Source: Orbicella franksi (Eukaryota). From it: 64,000 nt of DNA. The notes beneath the pieces are model-generated. The model was not told the origin of the DNA and ran no database searches. It saw only the letters and a list, made by a program, of their open reading frames with translations. The translations under genes were made by a program, and so were the position numbers. Below are positions 10,311 to 22,300 of the stretch, piece after piece. How positions within the stretch are numbered: the stretch's first letter is position 1; each line of letters begins with the position of its first letter. The stretch covers positions 5,580,001-5,644,000 of the forward strand of contig OZ116705.1 in the NCBI GenBank assembly GCA_964199315.1. Direction: 5' to 3'.

Positions 10311-13300
10311 ATGGCAGGTGAGTTCAACATTCAACTTTATTTATAATCTGACAGTCAGCTGATAAAAATGGATCTGTATGCAGAGAGTGTGTTGGGATTG
10401 TAAAGATATTTATGTGGATACAGATGATTATAACAAACTATCTACATGTATGGTTTCATAAACGCCATTGCCTCTGATGTCTTACTAAAACAACCAGGAA
10501 GAATGATTACAATTGTTTTGGAGTTTTATATCGCAAAGCGTTTGAATGTGACTTATTTATACTCGCGAATTTTGCTGAAAGTGATGTTCATGATTTTTAT
10601 GACTGGACTAATTGTTGTTCATTGTGGTACAGTACGTCAATAAGAGTCCACCCCCACCTCTCAGAAACAACCACACCCTTTAAGGAAGAGACCTTTTTAG
10701 CTTGGGTGGTTTGTTTTTCCATTACAGACCACGTGATATTGTCTAGAGAATTGTTCTTTTGTCCATCTAAAAATTATTTATTCAAAGACACGTGGCCCCT
10801 GCGGGACTATGTGAAAATTTGAAAGTAACTAAGAATTCTCAAGAGTGTCATCACTAAAAAGGTCTATTCATGATAGCATTGCTATTGATATTGAAATTAA
10901 CGTGCTGGAGTATTCAGTGACGTTCTTCGAGAATGGTCACGATGACAATCAGTTACATGAGGGTTTGGCTGAAAAAACTGCAAAGAAAGGCTATCTGAAA
11001 GGCTATCTGATTTTATGCGGGACTGTCCACGATAAACTTAGGCTCGTAGCTTTAATATAGAAAAACAATGTATATGCAAGAAAGAAAGGAGAGGAAAACT
11101 CATTCTTTACAACCTGTTCGGGACGGGGGTACATTTTTAAAATTAGAGTTCAATTGCGACGGGGCGGGGTATGATTTTCGTATGAAATTATTCTAGGAAT
11201 ACAGTTGCGATGGCACTTGTTTAAAAACCACAGCCCTCCCCCGCCGGGACGTAGCAACGATCACCAAAGCACAAAAGCTGAAACTATTTTATACGTTAGT
11301 ACAATACAATGACGAACGTTTTCTTTACCCGATGTACAGCGTTGAGATACTTGCTGAAGATATTTGAGAGTAGGAAACGATCCAACATTGTTTTAAATGG
11401 TTTTATCAGCCTTGTGAGTGTAATGTAACTGTTATTAACTGACTAGTTAATTTTATATCCTAATATCCAAGAAAACAAGAATGCCGCAAGTTCTGCTGAG
11501 AAGGACCAGGAAAATAACGCAGAAAGTGGTGGTGCCTCTAATGAGAGTCGTCACCATAGCGACCTATTATGTAAGTCTGAGCGATCCACCTGGCAAAAGG
11601 TACCAATGCGCAGTCAGCATTCAAGACCACAAAGAGAAGGTATTATCAATCACATGTGTTGATGAAAGAGTACATAATTATTTACATTCCCGAGACTTCC
11701 TGGTGTTTTTAACGGTGAATTATCTCTCAGTTTGTGTTTGTATGGTTTTCCTCGTCCTTGTACTCGGCTCTTTTAGCCACGGAAGTTCTAATGTTATATC
11801 AATTGAATAATGAATGATTACTTTCGCGACCAAATAGTAAACGGTTACACAGGAATTGAATTTATCTTTATAAGCACTGGACTGACTGGACTTGTATCTC
11901 CTGAGGAGTAGCAATATGGCTACCCGGTTAATGCTAAAGCAACCAGAAATCAGTACTAGGTGTTGAAGTTCGTAAATAAGACGTATCGTTTATAACTGCT
12001 TGTGTTTCGTCTGATTTGACACTTAAAAGTGAAGTTGATATGGAAAAATTCGACTACTCTCACTCCCTTTTCCCAAAGAGTTCAAAGTTAAGTGGCAGTT
12101 TCTTCAGAAGGTAACAACTATCTCGAAGCATTTGTACACATACTGAAAAATAAAGGTCTCCATTGCCATACGTCTCGAGGAGTCGTTTTCAAAGGGGAAA
12201 ATTTTAGTGTTACGTATAGGCAACCAGGTGGGAAGTGGTCTGAAATCGGCACTTATTCCATTTCAGCACAAGGGCCAGGAGGTGGAAGTCGAAACAATGC
12301 GACTACTGCTGGAGTGCCTCGTGGAAGAGCAAAACGTCAGGGCAGTACAGGAACGTCCAGTCGATCAGTACCTTACCACAGGGAACTTTGTGAAAGGACT
12401 GAAAGAAGTTGTGAGGATGGTACTGGAAGAAGGGGAAAGCGAGGGCGCGGTTTTGAGGGTGAACGAGGAAGGTCCAAAGGAAGAGGAGGTGAGCAACGGT
12501 GTGCGGTATGGCCACGCACTTTGAACGCCGGGGAGAAGTACCTCAATACTCGTCTAGTTTTAATCGTACCTCCATACTGTCCACGGCAGGTATTCTTTGC
12601 AGAGATGACTTTTGCTGGACGTCTCTAAGAGCACGTGCAATTAACTGTTTTGTTGCCGTCGTCGTTGTTGTTGTTGTTGTTTTTTTGTTGTTGTTTTTTT
12701 TCTGGTTTGAGTATACTTCTTACAGTAGTAGTTTAAAAGAGCAAGGCTATTTCTTTTTACTGATCTTATCCTCAATTCTCTCGACTTTAAAGGAGAAGGT
12801 CACTCCAAAAAGCTTACTTTTTTGCCTTCACCTATAGCAAGAAAACATTCAGCTTTTCCACTCACCGACGTTTCAGCCTCTGAAGTGTCCACTATCCTGA
12901 AGAAATTCGTCTCGAGAGAAGCAATTTCGGAGGCCGCCGTTTTGAAACTGTCCTGGCAGCCAGGCAGTGTTTATGTGACGTCACTCCGTCCGACTCGAAA
13001 TTGGCGGGAAGGAGAAAAACCTTCAACTGACTTAGCATCCTTCACAAGGTCAGCAAAATCTATTATCCACTTCACTATCTTCAATGCTATCATTTCGGAG
13101 TTTGGAGCATGTTTGGCTCAAAATAATATGGCTAAAGAGCAGCCATAATCCAGAATGGTAGTTAACAGAATTGTCGGAGGCCATTTGAACAAAATCTCGC
13201 GGACGAAAACGAGGGCCTGGCGGCTGAGTACTGTTCAAAATGGTGGCAACGATGTTCGAATTTTGGGCTTCTTTGGAGACGAAATTCACAATGAAAACCT

Positions 13301-16300
13301 GCACTTTAGAGGCTGAAACTTTGCTGAGTGGCTAAACTTATTGCAAGGTTTTTGTTAGCTTTGACAAAAAAATATACGTTTTTTGGAGTGACGTTCTCCT
13401 TTAAAGGAAACGACAAAACTTTTAAGTTTCAAAGACTTGTTTCGACATAACACACTGTCATCTTCAGCTGATTGATGTACAAAGCGTTGGAAGTAAATCT
13501 AAAACTATCCTCAGAATTCTCACACTTTCACGCTTTGCGTCATTTTGTGGTCACAATTAGCATTTTTCTACTTATTATAAATTCTACTTCCAACGCTTTG
13601 TACATCAGTCAACTGAAGATGAAAATAGCTTCTGTCGAAACATGTCATTGAAACTTAAAAGCTAAGTTTTGTCGTTTTCTTTTAATTCTTGACTTGCCTG
13701 CTATTATCAAGATCCTTTAAATTCTCGTGACATTTGATTCTAAATTGATGTTATGGGAACAAACTATTAAGATTCTCAACCGGTGAGATACCGTGACAGG
13801 CTGATCCGTCATTGATTCCTTAAAATTCAAACTTGACTTAATGCAGGAGGGAAGCGAAGCAAAAGGCGTCATTAAACCATAAATCTCATTGGTACAGTAG
13901 AACCCCGTTTACACCACTACTGGCGTGTATTAAAATCTCAGTTGTATAATTATAAACGCCGGGGTAGGTTCAAATAATTTATTATAGCTCTTTCAGAATA
14001 CTGTCATTTCAAAAAAGATATAATTTAATCTTGTCTGTCGACTCTTGTCTGCAGTATAATACATTTCATTAGTGTTCGCAGTAGTTCAGCACAATTCAAA
14101 ATAAGTTTCCATTTGGTTTTGTCACTTGTCGAGTATTTTAAATTGGAGGCGCTTTTCGTTTGCTGTTTGTTGGAAGCAGAGTGACGCGTAATGAACTGTT
14201 TTTGTTGACGTTTTTTGAAAACAGGGCATACTAACCAACCTGAAGCTGGGCCCCCCGACCCTGTGTCCTTGGGATTTACTCAGCCGGACATCAAGTACGA
14301 GTGGAACAAGTGGTATGTGTTAGGTTTGCACCACAGGACAACACCAGACGGTATAAGGAACTACATTGAGAGAATCAGCGGCTATGATGTAAAGTACGTG
14401 GATTGGTTTAAGCCAAATGGAAAAGCCATTGTTACACTCAAACGTGAAAAAATTTCAGGTAAACAATTACTGTGAAACTTAACACGCCAATACCATCGCG
14501 GCTAAACTGACCAGTCACTTTCAACGGACCAGATCTATAACACCATCATCACTTGACATTTCACTTCCGCTCAAGTTGTCAAAAACGTCAGTCACCAACA
14601 GAAGATCGAACGACTGATACACCTCAGTCCAAACCATCTGCTCTAAATACCAAATGAAAATATATTACTCACGGGATCACACAAGAACGCTATGTCCTTT
14701 GATAAAGAAAAAAAGACCGTTGATATTTTACCTTGTGGTTGCACAAAACATGTAGGACGCATGCGTTCTAGGATCGGTAGCGTGATACTTATCGTTCTCT
14801 TCCCCAGAACTACGCGGTTTTCTTTTAAAATGCCATGTGATACTACACTCTCATTGTAGTTGGGAACAGCAGTTAGTTTCATATTTCGGGAAAGGGCACT
14901 TCTCCTTTAAGTAAATTTATCACGTTTGCTACTTCAACGCAAACGCCACGGTAGAATTGACAACTATCTTGACCTACGTTACGACCGTGCCTAGAATGAA
15001 AATACACACATGCTCTACGATTATGATCAAATCAAGGTTGCTGTCCGTTTATATTTGGCAAGGAGCAAAGCCCAGGCTGATTACCAAAGTCAAGACAAAT
15101 GCGGAAGTAGGCAGGGGTGGGGACCAGCATGGCTACTAACTGTCAGTGCTGTACAGTGAAACCGGCATTAAGCGGACCCCATATTAAGCAGATACCCTCT
15201 ATTAAGTGGACACCAGCTCGAGTACCAAAATTTTCTTCCTACACGTACTGTAAAATAAACCTGCATTCAGCGGACACCTCTGTTAAGCGGACGCAGACAC
15301 CAATATTAAGCCATTTTGTTGCACAAAACCTACAATAAGCGGACACTTTAAGAGCTTCTTTCTTCTAAAGGTCTAGTTGAGACTCCGTTTCACATAGTTC
15401 AGCGATGTCGTTTTAAAGCTAAGTGATTATTCCAGATTGATGCATTGACTGACTGGACATTTTCCAATGAGCAGTGCTTGATCCTACACTGTGTTACAAA
15501 AGAGTTAATAATTAACTATTAATGCACAACATATTAGAACCTGTTTTGAAAGGACACCCTGTATATAAGCGGACATTAGTGAGGGTCCCAAGGGTGTCTG
15601 CTACACTCTGCACTATATGAGATTGTCTCTCTAGTTACTGCTTTGGCAATGGTAATGTTTTCAGATTTTGCGAAGATTCTCAGAGAAGCAGCGAAAAAGC
15701 CACTTGACGGTGTACCCGTGCTAATTGAAAGAGCCCCCAAATGTAAAAGCATATATGTCAGCGGATTTTCGGAAAACACATCAAAAGAGCAAGTGGAAAC
15801 GTACTTTAACAAAATCGGAGCCTTGGAGAACGTTGTCTTCAATCGAGCCTGGGACGAAGAAGGGAGGGACAAGAGAGCTATTGTGTATTTCAAAGAAAAG
15901 AAAAGTAAGTCGAAAAAAATTAGATCAATTTACGATTACGTTAGTTGCCATGCAATTAACTTAATGAAAGCTAGTTTCTGGTCGCGCCTCTCGAAAAAGG
16001 TTGAGAGTGTGACACGGCTTGGAACCGGGAAACGATGATCAAGCAGTCAATTCATGTTTGGTTCAGCTATGCTTTTACAGATGACTATAAACAACGACGA
16101 GGGCAAATTCGTTTGACAAAGTAATTTACATTCTTCTTGAGGATCGAATGGATATCACCTATATCTAGATTCAATCAGTCCTTCTTTCAATGTCAGAACT
16201 ATCATTTCGCTCAATGCATAGAGACAGCATGCAAATCAATTTAGAATTGTGAAAATTCTCTTTCATGGTTCAGCTCTACAGCTAAAACACGATGATTTTT

Positions 16301-19300
16301 GGTCATATTACCTAGTTGTTCTAAGAAGACGGCTTAGGCCCTGGTCAAACGCCGAACTGCACATGAGACGAACTAAACTGCAATTTGAGTCGATCCAAAA
16401 GTGACGGGTAGAGCTTGACCGTTGGGTCAAACGTCGAACTAAATTTCCGTCTGCTTCAGATAGATAGAACGGGTTGGTAGATCTAGATTCAGTGGGACGA
16501 ACTTAGTTGAGTCAAACGTCGAACTTATCATGAACTTAATTCGCTCAGTTTAGTTCGTCTCGTGTGAAGTTCCAATTTTCACCTGGGCCTTAGGCGCCGA
16601 AACTACGCCGGAGGAATTTGAAAACGGAGGTTTCACTCTGAAGACGCATCAAATGTTTTCCGTCCACACTACGCCGGAGGAATTTAAAAACGGAACAATC
16701 ACCGCGGTCATTTTGGATTTGTGTTTGAGGAGAACTCGGTCATGGAAAAAACATGATTATCATTACTACATTGTTTTCAAAATGTTTTCCGTCCATACGA
16801 AAACGAAAAGCCGGCGTTTTCAATTCCTCCGGTTTGAAGAGGGTTTTTGAAAAGCTCCCATTTCGTGACGGATTAGAAAACCAGCTGCCTAACCGTGCAA
16901 AAAAAGCTGCGTTTTCAAATTCCTTCGGCGTCGTGTGGACGGGGCTTTAGAGACTTATTTTCGATACTTGACGTACGTGGAAATTAAGGCATTGTGCCAC
17001 TCATTAGTCCTTTTGTTTAATAATGTCTTCGTTGCTAAAGTAACAAGAAAAGAAGTGATGAAATATATTATGAAAATTAGTTGACGTCAAGAAAATTATT
17101 TTGTTAACGAACATATTGGATAAAGACATTTGTCACTCTGGTTTTGTATTAACTGCTTGACACCATTTTGGATTTTTACGTAGCGTGGTTGCCCTTTCTA
17201 GTGTTCTGACGTCATATGTTTAAAGGAAGTGCTGGTGGCAATTTAAAACATTAAAATGGCTGATATATATCAAATTTTCTTCGACAATTTGATGATAGTG
17301 TGTTATAACTTACGTTCTTCTCTACAGGTGTAAAGAAATCTACCAACGACGACCAATTCATTGATGGCAAACCTTTGCATGTAGAGGCTTTCTATCCTTT
17401 TATGGGAACACTAGTGCCAGTTGACCAACCGACAAGACCGCGGCCTAGATCAGGTGACGTCCAAGCGACTGGGCAGCGTCAATTTTACAAAGCTGTGGAC
17501 AAGGACATCATGGAATTTTTAATGAAATCCAACCAAGAGGAAAAATTGAGAGGACTTCTATATTCGGACGAACACGCTCGCGTAAGGTGGACAAATGAGG
17601 AAGGATACGTTCTCGTAAAACACGACGTACCGGGAAATAAGGTGGACAAGGAATTTGATGAGAACACCTGGAAAAACTGCTGCTCAAAAATAATTGACAG
17701 CTTTATTGACAGTTGTGCTGCGAAAGAATTTCCAGTCGAAGAGGACATTTGGGAAGCAGTAGCCGATCAGTTGCCCCAGATGGAAAGAATCCTTCCTAAG
17801 TTCACAGCGCAAGTTAAGCTGTCGAAGGAGTCGCACACAGTTAAACTGATTTGCCAGAAATCTAATATGTCAGATTTTGAAGAAAAGGTCTCAGATCGGT
17901 TAAAAGCAATCAAACAAGAAGAACTTGAGAAACAGTTGGAGCAGAAGACGCTTACTGACATAACCAGCGAAAAACTACAACTTCTACAAAATGCTAGAAT
18001 TGAAGACATTTTGAAGAAAGAGTTTCATGAAGATCTTCAAGTAAAGATCGACTTGAGCAACAAAAACCTTGTGATAAAGACGCCTAAAGGACGTATGACA
18101 TCTGTCGTGTCTTATCTCAGAGAGCGGCTGGATGAAATTGACCGCAACGCCATAGCCATGCCCCCAGAAATTTTAGACATCTTGAAAACAAAGGTTGGCA
18201 AAAGAAAGATGACTGATGAATTGCAAGGATGTGCGTTTAACGTTGATGAAAAAAGCAAAAAAGTCATCCTTCTTGGACGGGCACCTTCTGAAACCAAGCA
18301 AGGGAGAGAAAAGACAAAAAGCGTGCTAATAAGCGATTGCAGTCTTTTAGTTTTCGACTCAGATAATAACCTAATGCGTTCAAAAAACTGGGACGATCTC
18401 TGCAAGAAAATGGTCAAACGCCTGACGATCCGCCACAAACGTGAATTAACTTGTATAGCTGTCTTTGGGTTCAAACAAGATGTCACAGAGGCCGTAAAGA
18501 AAATGAGAGATTTTCTCAACGAGAAGAAAGCAACAGAAGGCCAGTTCCGAATCGATTCGTCGATTCATCGAAAGTTCTTCAACGATTATTACACGGATGA
18601 TCTTCATGCAATCGAAGAAGAACTGACCCACTATGGAGTCAAGATTTCTTTAGAAGAAAGTGAGGGCTTAATCAGATTTTCAGGAACTGAAGAGGGCGTC
18701 AAAGATGTTGAGGAGAAGATGTACGCTCTGCAAGACGAAATAAAGGAGAAGAGGTTCGTCATTTCCACCCCTGGAATGCGAAACTTCTTAGCCCAGGATG
18801 AAGGAAAACGGTTGATTGAAACCGTGGAAAGAGATTGCAAGTGTGTTATAAAGATACCAACAGAAACCGAGGAACAAGCTGAAGACGACGAAAGTGAGAG
18901 CGATGAGTCATTTAGCAACAGTAGTGATGGCGAGGAGGAACTCGATGAAGACGACACCTTTTTCACCTCAGAGCGGAAAAAGATGATCTGGAGGACGGGG
19001 AATATCGAAGAAGAACAGGTTTGTTGTGATGCGTCCATCAGTCGAAATCAGTAATGCCCATCGACCCTTGTGCAACCCCTGGGCATTAGCTAGCAGTTCG
19101 TGAAACAAATAAAAAGGCATGCCAAGCTAGGTCCGCTGGCAAAATGTTCCCCAATATTGCAAGATCTAGCCGATCATTTTTACCATCTCATGGTGACCTG
19201 TTACAGATAGATGGCCATGCACCACAATTTAATTGTTTGATCACTGGAATATATAGAAGCCAGGAGTTTTTTATGTAAAAGTTAAGAGGCCATTAAAGAT

Positions 19301-22300
19301 CCCGTCCCTGGGATTGCGAATGTGAGCAATCACTCAACTAGAAGAGTAAATCTTTATTGCTAACTAATGCTCAGGAAGGATGGGTATTGCTTAAGTAATT
19401 GATTAGTTTAGGTCTACTAGGTTCCTATGCCCAGGGTGAACAAATTGGCCTGCTAGTGTAATTATAACAACTGGAGTAAAGGTCATTGTCAGGAATACTT
19501 CGCATGTTGTTAACCACCAGTCCATTTATGATGCCTCGTTGGTCCCAAAAGGAAGGTCTTTAATTACTTGCCATTGCTGGTAGCCATATGTTTACACACT
19601 TGAACTTTCAAAGCTCATTTACACAACTGTGTTACATGAATAGAGAGATTAATTTCTGTGACAAAAAATGAGGTGCTGAGTCCATGGGGCACGTAAACAC
19701 ATTTGTTCGGATGAAAGAGAAAAGCCAGAAACATCAATCAGCTTTTCTTAAATTACCTACGTCAGTTCAATTTACCATTACCATCTTCAAGTTAGTAATC
19801 AACTTTGTGCTGTCTCTTAATTGTGCTCTAGGCTGACGTGTTAGTGTGTTCTGTGGGGTCAAAGTTCAATCTTACCATTGGTGCGATTGCAAATGCCATC
19901 AGCAAAGCTGCTGGTCCAGCTTTGCAGGACGAGTTGAGGAAGTTGAAAGAGACGACAGCTGACATGGGTGACATTGTTCACACGGGCCCTGGAAACTTGC
20001 CCTGCCGTTACGTTATTCACTGTGTATGTTGCCCGTGGAAAGGACATGCTGAGCAAGAAGAGGTCAGGATAAGAATATCCTCGTCCCAAATGAGATCACT
20101 TCATTGGCGGCGTCGTAAAACTTGGTTGCAGTTTTAGTTTTAGCATAGGTCTTCTAAAAATGGCGAGGTTGTTTTTAGAAATTTCAAGAACGCCAGGCAT
20201 AAGACACGGAACATTGTGTATTGTTGAGACAATTCCAAGACTTACAGTGCGTTCCTTTGGGATCAGCTGGATCAGGATTAATGATGTAAGATCACTCCGA
20301 TAATGTTGGAGCCGACGAATCCTCTCTGGGGAAGGATTCATCGGTTCCTTTGACGCACCCTGATCCGAGTGATCTCGATCATCCCAAAGTAACGCACCCT
20401 TAGATTACCTACCAGAAATTGATAAGTGGAAAGCACCTGGAGCTTGCTAGATGAATTCAAGGGCTTATTCCTTAATGCTATTTGTTGTTTTCATCCACAG
20501 ATTCTAAGGGAACTGTTTCGAAAGTGCTTTGACAAGGCGTCCGAATTGGGTGCTTGCTCAATTGCTCTACCACTTGTAGGGACTGGTAACCTTGGTTTCC
20601 CGTATAAAACCGCCGTTCACATTATGATCCAGACAGCTGTTGACTACAGTCAGGCAAATCCAGAGTCACCGTTAGAGGAGTTCCGCTTTATAGTGTTCGG
20701 CGGTGATCAGAAAGGAATTGCAGCTTTCCAAGAGACGTTTGCAGAGTTCAAGAAGGGACATATGCTAGTGCGGAAGCCTCGAAAGCGAGAAGCTCCTAAG
20801 AACAAACCAATTCCTGTTGGATCCGATTTCAAATGCAAAGCTGTTCGCATCGGAAAAATCGAGTTGAGGGTAGTGAAGGGAGACATCACCAAGGAAAACT
20901 CCGATGCAATCTGTAATGTAGTCACTCAAGATCTTGACATGAGCAGTGGAAATTTAAGCAAAGTCATCTCTACAGCCTGTGGTAGCACAGTAGAAGAGGA
21001 GTTAAAGTCGAAAGCTCCTCAGCGTCCAGGATCTGTTGTGACCACTTCTGCTGGACGCTTGTCTGCGGAAAAGATCGTGCATATGGTTGTGGGATCTGGA
21101 ACGAAACAGCATCTTCAAACATGCGTGGAGAAAGCTGTCAAAGAGGTCGATTCCTTAGGCTTGGTGTCAGTGTCCATTCCAGCGGTTGGTAGTGGTGGAC
21201 TGGGACGGACAGCTGAAGATTCTGCAAAAGTGGTTTTCGGAGCAATCCGCACACTCCTGGCCAGGAGACCATTTAGTTCACTTCGTGAGATACGAGTTGT
21301 AGTCTTTGACCTTTCCATCGTTGGTGCATTCGTGGTCGAGTTGGATGCAATGCAGCAAGAAAATTTGGACCCCTGCCAGCGCGAAGACGATGAAGGCGAT
21401 GGTGATGATGATGGCGAAGAGGGCTTAGAAGCTTGTATAGCTTCAGCTGATGAGTTAACGAAGAAGTATTGTCACAAAAAGGTTATTGTGTATGGGCGGG
21501 AAAAGTCACTTGATGAAGCTATGGCAGCCTTAAAGGACGGAGTCGCCAGTGCTTGCAATAAACCCCGTGTCATCAGACACGAAATCATAAGTCGTTTCCC
21601 AAGACGTTCCATACGGGAACTAAAGCGAATGTCGCGCGCTCAAGATGTGAAATTTGACCAACCAGAGCCAGATACTATTACACTGGAAGGGCTTCCCAAA
21701 GATGTGATGGACATGAACACAGAGGTGTCAAATGCCATCCAGGAACAGATGGGAAGAGAGCACAAAGAGGAACGTGCGGATCAGATTTCCAAAACTGTCC
21801 AGTGGTATCTGGTTAATCCAGCTGGAAAACTCGACCCCTTTGATAAAATAGCCAACAATGATATAGAATCAGCTTATAAAGCAAAGAAGCCATCGCTTTT
21901 ATTCACACATGAGAATCTGAAGGCTGAAATCAACTTTGGCAACAAAGAGGTCACGTTCTTGAGAACAGGAGCTATCAAAAGGGTCCTTCGTAAAGATGGT
22001 AAGAACACGGCGGGGAGTTCACTTTTCAATTACAGATTATTTACTAATAATATAAAGGATACAAACACACATAGTTTTCACTGTCATAACGTAATGCCCA
22101 CTTAAACTCCGTCTTTTTCTCATTGATTTCCTTTCTTATGCCAAAATTAGTAAGATAACGGCTGATTTATGTGTGAGCGTCGACAATTTCAATTTCTTTT
22201 TCTGCGCTTTGAAGGGCTAATCTCTGTAATCTCTCACATTGTGGCACAAATTGAGGATGAAATGGCATCCTATCAGTTTATGTCACAAAGCTGAAATTAG

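Noticed and set aside
12822-13148. 108-aa ORF with a good acceptor that looked like a B1-specific exon
   Set aside because: It lies inside the TTAA-flanked MITE, its best donor gives phase 2 (incompatible with the next exon), and it is absent from B2.
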